From contig NC_045697.1 in assembly GCF_009834535.1 (NCBI RefSeq), positions 55,740,001 to 55,804,000 of the forward strand: a DNA stretch of 64,000 nt, in the 5' to 3' direction. How positions within the stretch are numbered: the first letter of the stretch is position 1; the number at the start of each line of letters is the position of its first letter. The notes below the pieces were generated by a model. The model made no database searches. It saw nothing but the letters and a program-made list of their open reading frames with translations, and was not told the origin of the DNA. Shown here piece after piece: positions 14,331-27,320 of this stretch. The translations under genes were made by a program, and so were the position numbers. The stretch is from Camelus ferus (taxonomy: Eukaryota).

Positions 14331-15898
14331 AATAACAACAACAACAATGTGAAATTGTATAGAAACGTTCAGTTGTATCTTCTTATGGTTTAACTTTAAA
14401 AATAAATCACTAAAACTAAAATAACAAAATTTAAATTATCAGCATGGCTTTTACGAACTACAACTGAAAAGCAGAATAATTGGCCTTGAGTGAGAAATAC
14501 AACCCCTACTGCCCAATGAAGACTGGCTATGATATTTCCTACTGAGCCTCCATTACAAGAGACAGCAAAAGATAGTAGAAGTGCTGCAGTACTGATTACC
14601 ACCGTACCTACTGAAGAGGAAAAAAGATATTAGGTCTGAGTAAATATAGTAGAGAGTGGTTGCTGAGCTCGCCAAGAGCCCCTGAGAAATGTTCTCTTTA
14701 GAAGACAGCACAACAGAAGACAAGGAAGCCTTTCCTAAAGCATTCTGTAGTCCTCTTTGAAATCTCTTAGTCTGAAAGTAAAGAAACATTCCAGAACCCA
14801 TTCTGCTAACCACAGTGTGAAGTCATCAACCATATTAGGAATAGTTTGGAATGTTCTATAGTACATAATTAGGACACAGTCATAAGATTTTTTTTTCAGT
14901 TAGATTTATGTCAAACTATTGCTCTGGAAAGATCAATTTACCCACACTCAATTCACACCTATTGATATTTATTCAGCCTTAATTTTATTTGACATGCCCA
15001 TATTACTCTCCCTCAAATGAATTAAAAAACTCTCATTCCCATAATATTTTCTTTCAGTCATTTTATAAATTTTTCTATTACACTGTTAATGATTGGGTAA
15101 ACTATGTGATCTTTTCTTTTGCCTGACATGAAAACAATATTTATACATCACCTCTTCTGGGATTTAATTAAATCAACTTTGAACCACTTAAGAATATTAT
15201 TAACTGTTAAATAGACATAACTCATTCCTGTTATTTGTGCTGGCAAACTATACTCATTTATTGAGAGTATGAGCATCTTAACTCCATGCTCATTTATCTC
15301 AATTTTCTATTGGAAATAAAAATGAATACTGGATGTGCATATATACCCTGTTTCAATACAATCCTCAGAAAGATCTCTGGAGATTTCTAGATAATGCCAC
15401 CCATTCTATTAGTCCTGTGTTTCCTCTCTTTTCTCAGATCTCTCTCATTTTACTTTTGTAGATACCACATAGAGTTATTTTGGGACACATTTCCATATTC
15501 ATTTTGCTCAATGAACATTATGTTCTTATTTTAATCATCCAAATATTAGTATTTATTCTCTGGCACTCAAATTTGGTATATTTGACCTTCTATTTATAAA
15601 ACGAGATTGATCTGTAGTATCTGTTGGCTATGTTTTTACCAAAAATCACACTTCCTTTATAAGTCCCAAGTATTTGCTCCACCCAAATCTCTTATGTTTT
15701 CAAAAATATATTGAAATTGCTTTTCCTTACCTGAAAACCAGTCTATGTAAACATAATCTGAAATAAAACAGGCAGAATGAAAAATAAAAATCAAGTTTTC
15801 TATTTCAATAGTTCAATATATTCTTGTCTTATATGTCTATTTCTATCTTTTCAAAGTAGTTTTTACCTCAACTTCATTTGGGCTTTAGAAGGAGTGGA

Positions 15899-16530
15899 TT
15901 CTGGGCATATATCAGGGGAAACTAAAATTTGAAAAGATACATGCACCATAGTGTTCATAGAAGCACTATTTACAATAGCCAAGATAGGAAAACAACCTAA
16001 ATTTTCAGTGACAGATGACTTGATAAAGAATATGTGGTATATACATACAATGGAATATTACTCAGCCATGAAAAAGAAGAAATAATGCCATTTGCAGCAA
16101 CATGAATGGACCTAGATATTATCATATTCAGTGAAGTAAGTCAGACAAAGAAAGATAAATATCATATAATATCACTTAAATGTGGAATCTAAAAAAAATG
16201 ATACAAATCCTATTTACAAACTCAAAACAGACTCATGGACACAGAAAATAAACTATGATTACCAAAGGGAAAAGGGACTGGGGGAGGGATAAATTACGAG
16301 TTTGATATTAACATATACACACTACTATATATAAAACAGATAAACAACAAGGACCTACAGTTAGCACAGGGAACTATAATCAATTTTTGTAATAACATGC
16401 AATGGAAAAGAATCTGAAAAGTAGATATATATGTGTGAGTATATGTATAACTGCATTGCTTTGCTGTACACCTGAAAGTAACACTGTAAATCAATTATAC
16501 TTCAATAAAAAATAAAATTAAAAGAACAAA
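15899..16530 (+). mobile_element. 5'-truncated L1 (ORF2 C-terminus, 3' UTR, A-rich tail)
   Basis: gcactatttacaatagccaaga, ggaatattactcagcca, G-rich 3' UTR, aataaa and tail. Possible degenerate TSD: agaaggagtgg (15887-15897) and agaagatggagtgg (16531-16544). Confidence 0.95.
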
Positions 16531-16828
16531 AGAAGATGGAGTGGGAAACATCTGAATATAGTTCTTCTACTCACTAAAATTAACATTATCTTAGTTTCTT
16601 AGAAGAAAGAGTGAAAAATAAAAATATGGATAGTTTGTATTATAAAGGACTAAATATGTCCCAAATTGTTGATCTTTTCCAACATTGTTCTAATGTATAA
16701 TTTCATCATTCCTCATTTTGGCTAGAGCACTGTTAATGAATGAAATTGTTGTTACTGGTCTTTTCTTCAACACTTCCTTCAAATTGACATCAAAATGCTC
16801 TTTATAAAATACAACTACCTTTTGTAAC

Positions 16829-17072
16829 CTAGTGTTCCATATAAATAGATGTTATTAGAAAATAAACTGTTCTATGATTCAATATTTGAAAAATACTGAC
16901 TAAATACGTAAAACTGGTGAGATTTAGATTTTTTTTTATATAATAGTTACCCCAAAAGAGTTATGTAACACGTAGCATTTCCCTAACGTAATTGATCATG
17001 GTACACTTTCACTTAGCATCATGGCGAGCTAGCATAATGAAGTACATATGATGAGGAATTTTGGAAACATAG
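16829..17072. mobile_element. hAT-Charlie MER103-like DNA transposon
   Basis: ctagtgttccat...gcatttccctaacgtaattgatcatgg...tttggaaaca resembles the recalled MER103 internally palindromic layout. Confidence 0.55.
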
Positions 17073-17707
17073 CACCATAAATTTCTAAGGATCTGGCCTC
17101 TTCATAGCTCTTAAGAGAGCTAAGTTTGTTTGTTTTTCCTTTCTTTATTTATTTCCCTTTTTTTTTTTTTACTTTACACATCACTCACTAGAAAGATTTA
17201 CACAATTATACAATTGAAGTACCTTCCCTAGCCCATGACCTTTTGCAGTTTTTTCTAAGTTTTGATTTCTATGTCCTCTCTGCTCTGAATAACTGCCTCT
17301 CTTTCCAGATAGTACTTCTTGAAGGTATCGATGAATGATTTTTCTTCCATCTTTTATGTCTGATACCTTACATAGCATCTGGCACAAATTTGACATGAAA
17401 TAAATATTTATCGTATGTCAATAAATGCATGTGTAGCTGCTAATACATACAAACTGCAGATGGCCAGTAACTGCCCTCATTTTCTCTATTCTTTCACATC
17501 AAGCTTTCTTTTGTATGAGCAGCTAGAGTTCACCATGATTTCACATAATGAAAAAAGCCTCAAAATTATTATGAAATACAAAATTTCAAGGGTTAACAGG
17601 GCAAAAAACAATGCTTACTTTCTTCTTCCCATTACAAAAGCTGTAACAACTTAGTTAAGTTTATCATAACCTATTTTTATTTGTCAAACATTCAAAATTG
17701 ATTCTGT

Positions 17708-18009
17708 CTCACCAAAGTGGGTATAGAGGGAACTTATCTCAACATAATAAAAGCTATATATGACAAACCTACAGCCAGCATAGTACTGAACGGTGAAAAA
17801 ACCAAAAGCTTCCCACTAAAATCTGGGACAAGACAAGGCTGCCCACTATCACCACTCCTATTCAACATAGTCTTGGAAGTCCTAGCCACAGCAATCAGGC
17901 AAGAGAGAGAAATATAAGGGATCCAAATTGGAAAAGAAGAGGCAAAAGTGTCACTATATGCAGATGACATGATACTATGTATAGAAAACCCTAAAAGGTC
18001 CACACAAAA
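17708..18009 (+). mobile_element. Internal L1 ORF2 RT-core fragment with 15-bp TSD and no 3' end
   Basis: Translates to [19 protein letters not shown]...[19 protein letters not shown]...SLYADDMIL with one stop. Flanked by caaaattgattctgt at 17693-17707 and 18005-18019. Confidence 0.95.
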
Positions 18010-18114
18010 TTGATTCTGTTCTTTAAGTTTAACTTTTATTATAGATTCAAGGTGATTCTGTTTTCTTATTCATTAGCCTTTTTAAGGAGTAGAACTAAGT
18101 TGCCCGTATTTCTT

Positions 18115-18530
18115 TGTACTGATTAAGAATGTATTTGGCTGCAAAGAATTAATATCACATCCAACATTAACTGATGCTCTGGCCTTTCCCATATGGTCAT
18201 AATATGGCTCCTGCATATCCAGTCATTATTCTATCTTCAAGGCAGGAAGAAAGAAAGTAGACTCCACTGGTATCCACACATTTTTTAGAGAAAATAAAAT
18301 GTTTTTCCAGAAGCCAGATGTTTTCCTAGTTCCCCAAAGTTCCCCAGAGTGAGCTTCTGTTTAGTCACATTAGCCTGATCTGTACCATATGTCCAACCTT
18401 AGCTGCAACTGAAGTTGGGGAAGTGTGAAACAGAGTTTTCCTCTTTGACTTCCATTAAGATCCATCCCTTAGAACCAGTCATATTGCAAAAGCAGAGTTG
18501 TGCTAATAAGGTAGAAGAGGGTGTTGCTTT
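18115..18530 (-). mobile_element. MaLR LTR, MLT1J/K-like
   Basis: aagaatgtatttggctgcaa; ggtcataatatggctcctgca; catatgtccaaccttagctgcaactgaagttggggaagtgtga. Confidence 0.7.
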
Positions 18531-18640
18531 CTTGCTAGCCTTGGAAATGTGTATTTTTATTCAATATTATTTAATATGAAAAATATATATGTAACTTAAT
18601 TTTTGAAACAGAAATGGATATTTACACTAAGAACCTACTG

Positions 18641-20650
18641 CATGATACTATATACAGAAAAACCCTAAAGACTCCACAAAAATCTACTAGAGCTAGTAAA
18701 TGAATTCAGCAAGGTAGCAGGATACAAGATTAACACAGAGAAATCTGTTGCATTTTTTTACACTAACTAATGAAATTTCAGAAAAGAAAAGTAAAAAAAA
18801 AAAATCCCTTTTAAAACTGCATCAAAAAACAAAAACAAAAACAAAAACAAAGTATTTAGGAATAAACCTGACCAAGGAAGTAAAAGACTTACACATGGAG
18901 AACTATAAAACATTGATTATGGAAATTAAAGATAATTAAAAGAAATTAAATGATACCCCATACTCGTGGATTGGAAGAATTAATATTGCCTGAAATGGCC
19001 AGACTACCCAAAGCAATCTATAGATTTAACGTGATCCCTATCAAATTACCCAGGATATTTTTCACAGAACTAGAACAAATAATCCTAAAATTTATACGGA
19101 ATCACAAAGGACCCAGAATTGCCAAAGCAATACTGAAGTAAAAGAATAAAGCTGAAGAAATAATCCTCCCAGACTTCAGACAATATTACAGAGCTACAGT
19201 AATCAAAATAGCACTGGTATTGGCTCAAAAACAGACATATGGATCAACGGAACAGAATAGAGAGCCCAGAAATAAGCGCACACACCTATAGTCAATTAAT
19301 CTTTGACAAAGAAGGCAAGAATATACAATAGAGAAAAGACAGTCTCTTAGGTAAATGATGTTGGGAAAGCTGGACAGCCGCATGTAAATCAATGAAGTTA
19401 GAACACTCCCTCACACTATACACAAGAATAAACTCAAAATGGCTTAAAGACTTAAACATAAGACAAGACACTATAAACCTATAAGAAAACATAAGCAAAA
19501 TATTTTCTGACAAAAATCTTAGCAATATTCTTCTAGGCAGTCTATCCAGGCAATAGAAATTAAGCAAAAATAAACAAATGGGACCTAATTAAACTTACAA
19601 GCTTTTGTACAGCAAAGAAACCATAAGCAAAACATAAAGACAACCTAAGGAATGGGAGAAAATATCTGCAAATAATGCGACTGGCAAGGACTTAATTTCT
19701 AAAATATGCAAACAGTTCATACAACTCAATAACAGAAAAACACACAACCCAATCCAAAAATGGGCAGAAGACATAAATAAACATTTCTCCAATGAAGATA
19801 TACAAATGACCAAAAGGCACATGAAAAATGCTCAAAATCATTAATTATTAGAGAAATGCAAATCAAAACTGCAATAAGGTATCACCTCACAACAGACAGA
19901 ATGGCCAGCATTAAAAAGCCCACAAATGATAAATGCTGGAGAGGCTGTGGAGAAAGGGGAACCCTCCTACACTGCTGGTGGGAATGTAGCTTGGCACTGC
20001 CATTATGGAAAATGGTTTCTGAGATTCCTCATAAAACTAAAAATAGACTTACCTTATGACCTAGCAATCCCACTCCTGAGCATATATCTGGAAGAAACTC
20101 TAATTCAAAAAGATACCTGCACCCCAATGCTCATAGCAGCACTATTTACAATAGCTAAGACATGGAAGCAACCTAAATATCCATTGACAGATTTATACAA
20201 TGGAATACTACTCAGCCATAAAAAATGCTGTTAGTAGCAACATGGATGGACTTGGAAATCATCATATTAAGTTAAGTAAGCCAGAAAGAGAAAGAAAAAT
20301 ATCATACAACATCACTTAAATGTGGAATCTGAAAAAAATGAGACAATTGAACCTATTTACAAAACAAAAACACTCATAAACATAGGAAACAAAATTGTGG
20401 TTACCAGTGGGGAGAGGGGAGGATGGAGCGGTAACTGGGAGTTTGGGATTTGCAGATACAAACTACTATATACAAAATAGATAAACAACAATGCCCTACT
20501 GTATAGCACAGGGAACTATATTCAATAACTTGTAATAACCTATAATGAAAAAGAATATGAAAAGGAATATATATATAGCTGAATCAGTATGCTGCACACC
20601 AGATATTAACACAACAATGTAAACCGGTTATACTTTGATTTAAAAAAAAA
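18641..20650 (+). mobile_element. 5'-truncated L1 (~2 kb, ORF2 3' half plus 3' UTR), disabled
   Basis: ORF2 peptides [35 protein letters not shown]..., [18 protein letters not shown] (Cys-rich domain); 3' UTR; poly(A) at 20642-20650. Many stops and frameshifts. TSD weak (11/16). Confidence 0.97.
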
Positions 20651-21701
20651 TCCAGTTGCATGCCTGGATTAAGGAAAATATATATTTATTTCCATGATGT
20701 GATTTCAAAAGATCTGTAATATAAACTCTAAGAGCAAGGAGGACTCATCTACATTTTCACCATTAAAAATAAGTTATAGTTTTATAAAAATGTATATTAT
20801 TGAAATTATCAGTCTTTGACTTGTGTAAAAGCTCCTTCTGGGAGATACCAGTGCCCTGGAGCACACAAAGGGAGAGCAAGATGGCAAAGACGAGCCTGCC
20901 AGTCTCTGACCTCAGAGAATGTTCCAGCAGGCTCCTAGATGTGTGTGTTAAATTAGATGTCTCTCACTCAGGCCAATGCTTTAATATAAGCAGGTAAGCC
21001 TTCTCACTTAAAGTCTGCATACAATTTGAAAGCTGGGAAAGGCCATTTTTAAAGAAGAAGAAAGGAGTTTTAGTAGTGGGAAAATAGAGAAGTCCAGATG
21101 AAGCCACTGACCAGATGGGCTGTCACAAGGGAAGTCCCTCCTCTCTGGGGTTGCAGTGGATACTGAAGTGAAAAGAGACAAGAAAGGAGAGATAGGAAGA
21201 AAGGGAGTGCTTCACAAATGTAACTATTTCACACTTTCCAAGGAACCCACCATGTCTTTTTCAAAGCACTTAAAAGGTTTATAGTTTTTAAAAGATATGT
21301 TCATTTGGAAAATAATATTAGTAGGTTGAATACAGTCATTCAGGCACATTTGATCATTAAAAGTCTTCTGGTGATTTTCAAACAAGTGATACTCCTTTAA
21401 TTCCACTGATGTAGCTTTATTAATAGTTACACTATTTACGAATTTACTTGTATAATGTCTTCTCCCCAATTAAAATGAAGCTAATGGTCTCTCATGCTAT
21501 GTCCAACAGTAATCCTAAATATGTTCCCTCAAATACATATTTTTGAATTATTTGTATACTATTAACATAGCAAATATATTCAGATGAATTAATCAGACTC
21601 ATCTGTGACTCATTTCTTTGTTAGGCTGCCAGCAGAAAAAGATATAAAATTCAATATAATCATCAGTTTCACTTTCTTGGAGCTATAGAACAATGAAAGA
21701 A

Positions 21702-21746
21702 TGTGTGTGTGTGTGTGTGTGTATGTATATGTGTGTGTATATATAT
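21702..21746. repeat. (TG)n/(TA)n microsatellite
   Basis: Direct reading. Confidence 0.9.
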
Positions 21747-22242
21747 AGTATTAGTATTCTATAGTTGCTATAACAAATGATCACAAATTTAGCAGCTCAA
21801 ATAACACAAATTTAATAAATCTTAAAAGTTCTGTAAATCAGACTCCACCAAGGGTCCCATTGGGCTAAAATCAAGGTGTCCACAGGTGATGTTTTCCCCC
21901 TTGGAGGCTCTAGGGAAAAATCCATTTCCTTCCTTTTTCCAGCTTCTAGAGAATGCCAGCATTCTTTGGTTTGTGGTCCCCTCCCTCCACCTTTAAAGCT
22001 AGTAGCAATGATGACTGTTTTTCTAACATTGCCTTATACTGACCTCTTCTTCTGACTCCCTTTTCACTTTTAGAGACCCTTGTGACTGTGTTGGGCCCAG
22101 CCAGATAACCCAGGGTAATCTTTCTATCTCAAAATCATTAATTCAGTTAGATTTGCATAGCCCCTTTTGCCATATAAAGTGACATATTCACAGGTTTTTT
22201 TTAGAGCGTGAGTGTTTCAGAGGGATCATTATTCTGCCATAT
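21747..22242 (-). mobile_element. MaLR LTR, MLT1C/D-like
   Basis: gttgctataacaaatgatcacaaatttagcagct; tgggctaaaatcaaggtgtc; ggaggctctaggga; cattattctgccata end. Confidence 0.9.
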
Positions 22243-22499
22243 ATATACATATATATAAGTAATGCATTCTATAAATAATAATTAATGCATTATATTAAAA
22301 CATATTTTAAGAAAAATATTCTTGGTTCTTCTAGTGGGTTAGTATGCATGCATATCAAAATATTCATTAGCCAAGAGAAATTGGGACAAAAAAATCTCGC
22401 TGAAAATTAAAAGACCAGAGGTAAATGATCATATGTACTTGGCACAGATAAAAATAAGTTACACTTACTGTCTTAGCAAGCTTAACATGTGTTAGTAAT

Positions 22500-22670
22500 T
22501 GGTCTCCTGTCTTAATACTTTTATTCTTAGAACAACCTAATGAGGTAGAAATTATTATTACCACTGTTATCTACTGAAAGGATACTGAGAACCAGAACAT
22601 TTATACAAAGTGTTCAAAATCACACAGCTAGCCAGTAGTAACCCAATCTGATCCTAGATTCTTATGTATA
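22500..22670 (-). mobile_element. MIR SINE
   Basis: acaacctaatgaggtagaaattattattaccac...actgaga...caaaatcacacagctag. Confidence 0.7.
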
Positions 22671-22989
22671 TAATTATTATACTAAACCACAAGACTATAA
22701 TAAATAATACTGCTATCTATTGTATGCCATAATAATGAAATATGCACAGTCAGTGGAAATTTCTTTGAAATATTTCCAGTATATGCACACCTAAGTATCT
22801 TTGAGTTTAACGTACTACATTTGCAGGTATTTCATAAAAGGCTTCTTAAATCATACAGTCCTTGATGAAAATCTTGACTTTTCCCTTTATCTATGATGTT
22901 GCATAACTTCAGTTTATTCAAATTAAATACATAACTTATAATAATCCGCTTGTATAAAGTGTTCAACACATGTTATCAAAAATTCCTCT

Positions 22990-23465
22990 CAACCATTCCA
23001 TGTCTCATGATTCTGGGTTGATGCTATTTCTCAGCTCATCTCTAAAGACTTCATCCTTACAAATTCCCTTCTTTATATTATCCAGCTTTACTGAACTATT
23101 TGAAAACATGAACTTGCTATGATTTTTCTTATTTTTGAATTTTTGCATATATAATTTCTCAATTTAATACAGTGCTTCTGTCCTGTCTCTTCTTACCTCT
23201 CCTATATCTCGTTTGTAGCATATCTGAATATTTCAACATGTAGACAGTTGCTGACTCCTGACCAAGATTATGACAAGTTACCCTCATTGCTTCCTATAGA
23301 CCCTGCACTTATTACTCATATTACTCATCATCTATTCTATAATCATCTTTTCGTCTGTATTTCCTCTTATACCGTAAGCTAAGTGAAGACAGAGCAATTA
23401 CTTAATTTACATGGGATTTCTTGTGCTAAGCACTATATCTAAATAAATACTTGTTAAATAAAATA
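22990..23465 (+). mobile_element. L2 3' region (degraded)
   Basis: gctatttctcagctcatctct...ctgtatttcctc..accgtaagct..gacagag...taaatacttgttaaat. Confidence 0.55.
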
Positions 23466-23497
23466 CTGATGCATTTAGATCAATACAGTATCATATC

Positions 23498-23730
23498 GTT
23501 CAAAATTTGTAAATACTGACAGGCATATGTAGAATAGATAAACAAGATTATACTGTAAAGCACAGGGAAATATATACAAGATCTTGTGATAGCTCACAGC
23601 AAAAAAAATGTGACAATGAATATATATATGTTCATGTATAACTGAAAAATTGTGCTCTACATTGGAATTTGACACAACATTGTAAAGTGACTATAACTCA
23701 ATCAAAAATGTTTAAAAATGTTTAAAAAAA
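23498..23730 (+). mobile_element. Short 5'-truncated L1 3' UTR (camelid-type variant)
   Basis: Closely similar to 38745-38950 (tactgacaggcatatgtagaatagataaacaagattatactg); A-rich tail. Confidence 0.93.
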
Positions 23731-24332
23731 TAATGCTCATATTGCCTCATAAAATCCAGAAATCTTTGGCTAGTTTTAGGCACCAATGCATGTTCAACCA
23801 TTAATGGAGACTGGACCTATTGTATTTTTACTGAAGATTCCAGAATTTTATATTTAAATTCAGCTAGAAAACTTTAAGTAGCTAACCACTTTACTTGAAT
23901 AAATCTGTAATATCTGTCAGTATTCCTAAGGAATTTCATAATCAGTGTTTCTAGAAATGCTGATTGCTAGGCTGAAGAAATTTTAAGTTTAAATTAAATT
24001 TGAGAATTTATTTTTGTTTATAAAAAATTAGTGAATATTTATTTATATCCCATTATTTGAAAAATATTAAATGTGTATATCTAGAGGGCAAATAATGAAA
24101 AGGATTGTTAAAGGCTTTTAAGAACGAAGGAAAAATACGTTTAAAAGATAACATTCAGAGATGCTTTAAAATTAACATATCTTCTATTTACTCTTCTTGT
24201 TTTCAATGATGTTTTGTGTTTACAGGCAAATTCTGGAATTTTTGGATCATCATTGCTTTTCTTAACCTAAAGATACGCATTTGGAGGAGAATGCACACTG
24301 ATAATGACAAATTGTTCCAAAGGATCTCTTAG

Positions 24333-24732
24333 TGTATTAGTCAAAGTTCTTCAGAAGACCAGAACCAACAGGATGTGTGTATACATAGAGAAAACTTTAA
24401 AGATTTGTTTATAATTGTGGATGGCTGGCAAATCCCATAGGCTTGGGTAGGCTGGCAGGCTGAAGACTGAAGGATGAGTTGCACTTCAAACCTGAACGTG
24501 GTCTCCTAGCAGAACTCCTTCTTCTTACAGGGGGGGTCTGTGTTTTTCTATTAACGCCTTCAGCTGACCAGATGAGAGTCCCTCACATTATGAAGGGTAA
24601 CTGGCTTCACTCATTGTCTACTGATTTAAGTGTTAATCTCATTTTTAAAAACCCTTTACAGAAATATCTAGAAAAATGTCTGAACAAAGGGTATAGTAGC
24701 TTAGCCAAGTTGATACATAAAACTAATCATAT
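24333..24732 (-). mobile_element. ERVL LTR, MLT2C/D-like solo LTR
   Basis: tgtattagtc..ttct.caga..acagaaccaacaggatg at one end; agccaagttgatacataaaactaatcat at the other. Confidence 0.9.
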
Positions 24733-24899
24733 AATTTCTTAAATCCTCATCTGTATTTTTACTTTTTATGACTTATAGCAAGATCATCTTTTACACTGCA
24801 AGTCTATTTCTCCCCTTGGAATCTGCCTCGACATGGGTGATTTATAAAACAAAACTGATAGCCATGTAAGTGATACTTTTATTTTATCTTTGCTTATTC

Positions 24900-26430
24900 C
24901 ACTCTAAGCCTCTTTCTTTATGTAGGTCTGAATTTATGACCTGTATAATTTTCTTTATCTCTGAAAAACTTTTTTAACATTTCTTGAAAGTAAGGTCTAC
25001 TACAAACAAATCTCAATTTTTGTTCCTGTGAGAAAGTATTTCTCCCTCACTTTTGAAGGAAAATGTACTGTATACAAAATTCTAGGTTGTTGGGAATTTT
25101 CTCTTAGCATTTTAAGTAGTTCACTCCATTCTCTTGTTACTTACATGGTTTTTGAAGAAAAGTTTGATGTAATTCTTATCCTTTCTCCTCTATAACTAAG
25201 GTATCTTTTCCTCTGCCTCTGCTCAAAAACCTTTTCTTTAATTTTGTGCAGTTTGAATTTGATATGTTTAATTGTACTTGTCTGGCATTTATCCTGCTTT
25301 GTATTTTCTGGGCTTCCTGGAAATGTGGTTTTGTGTCTGAAAATAATTTAAGAAAATCCTCATTTATTATCATTTCAAATACTTATTATGTTTCTTTCTC
25401 TCTTCCTTCTCTTTCTAGTATTCCCAGTGCACCTATATGACACCTTTGTGGTTGTCCCAGAGTTCTTGCATATTTAGTCCCATCTTTTCTCCAATTTTTT
25501 TTCCTCTTTATTTTTCAGTTTTTGAAGTTTCTACTGACATATCCTCAAGTTCAGAAATTATTTCCTCAGCTGTGGTCATTCTACTAATGAGCCCAATGAG
25601 TACCCTTCATTTCTGTTACAGTGTTTTTGGTTTCTAACATCTCTTTTTGATATTTAGAATTTTCATTTCACTGTTTATATTACCCATCTATTTTTGGAGA
25701 TTGTCTATTTTTTCCATTAGAGTCCTTTGCATATTAATCATAGTTTTAAAAAAATTTGGTCTGATATTTTCAGCATTCCTACCATATTTAAGTCTAGTTC
25801 TGATGTTTGCTCTCTTTTCAAACTGTGTTTCATGCCTTTAGTATGTCTTGTAATGTACTGATGAAAGATAGCCATGATAAATAGGGTAAAAGGAAATGCA
25901 GTAAATAGGACTTTAGTAATATTGTGTAAGGTGTGAGGGACGGAATATATTCTATAGTCCTATGGTTAGCTCCCAGTCTTTTAGGGACAGCGTGTGTCCC
26001 TAGGATGTGGCCTTCACCAGTGCTTCTGAGTTTTTCTCTACCCTTAAGTGGAACAGTGAGACTAGACAAAACTGGAATTGAGTATTTCCATTCCCTTTGG
26101 TTAGGCTCTGGTAAATAGTTTCTCCTAAAGGACAGGCCATGTTAAGAAGAACAGAATGCTCAGAGAAAATTTCAAATGGCTATTTTCCTCCTCACCCTGC
26201 AGAGAAGCATGAGGGGATTTCTCTCTGATCTTTACTGTGAAAACATGCTGGGGCTCCTGGAGGTAAAAATCCATAAAAAATCCAACAGGCCTCTCTATTA
26301 CTGAGCCCTCCAGGAGTTTTAATTCTCAGACTTGTCCACCCTGAGCCTCCAACAAGTCATCAATTGCAGTTTTGGTTTTCCTACCTCGGCACTGGGTCCT
26401 GTGGAGGTTTCTGCTCCTGACTTTCTACTA
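24900..26430 (-). mobile_element. Old L1 (L1MC/L1MD-type) ORF1 and 5' UTR
   Basis: Minus-strand ORF1-like peptide IINEDFLKLFSDTKPHFQEAQKIQSRIN; 5' UTR segments resemble recalled L1MCa. Confidence 0.85.
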
Positions 26431-26639
26431 CCAAGAGATGTGAAGGATGACTAAAGTCATATGTAAGTATTTATTCTAATTTCAGCTGCTGCATGTTCAC
26501 TGCTGGTGTCATAATGAAAATTATAAATTTGTCTGCTCAGTCACCATTTTCTGTAACTGAATTCCAAGGACTGTCTCAAGGATGATGACAAAGATATTAT
26601 TGTTTCTAACTGACCACTGACTGTTTAACAGTATGAGCA

Positions 26640-26814
26640 AGACTTCTAATTTGTGGTCCAGCGTGTAAGAAGCTTGTGGGTTGTCACTCCAACCTAACAA
26701 CAAGTAAAAGACTGAACAAAGTGAAGATCAACAACTTTTGAAGGATCTGCTAGAAATGTGAGGTCACAGGGAAAACTGTAGCCCCCAGTTTTGGAGTAGA
26801 GAGAGACAGAAGCA
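26640..26814 (+). mobile_element. Extreme 5' end of L1MCa-like element, opposite orientation to the adjacent body
   Basis: agacttct..tggtccagcgtgtaagaagctt..gtcactcc..acaacaag..aaa..ctgaacaaa..gaggtcacaggg.aaactg matches the recalled L1MCa 5' terminus. Confidence 0.7.
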
Positions 26815-26899
26815 AGGATATAGAGCTTAGCTTCTTTAAAACTGAAAAAAAATTATGAAAAGCAAAAATGTACTATCGACACTCAAAGTAAATGAGTGG

Positions 26900-27320
26900 C
26901 CCATACTATAAACTGTCTGGCAGAAAGGAAGACAGGAGAGGGCACAAAGGTTGAATGGACCAATAATAATTACAGATGTTCCAGACAATGAAAAGAACAA
27001 GTCAAATATCTCCAAGGTGATGATCCAGGAAGGAAGAGATGAACAAAAGACCCCATGTTAAGTTTCCATCCCCTATAGAAGATAGTGTTCTAAGTAATTA
27101 TACCCCACTAGTGTCATTACCCTCCCCTGATGCACTGTCAGACACTAGGGCTCAATGACTCAGCAAGGAATCAGAAAAAGATCTCACCAATTTGAAACAC
27201 AATTTCCAGAGATATCACACACATACTGACTATGGAATCAAATTATTGCTTTGTCATTTATACAGTAATCTGTATTGCTTTCAGGACCTACTGATATAAT
27301 TTGGCAACATTAAAATATAT
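26900..27320 (+). mobile_element. Possible ERVL-class gag/protease remnant
   Basis: RPHV-like codons near 27050 followed by ALSDTRAQ at 27132-27155, resembling the protease motif ALxDTGAQ. Confidence 0.35.
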
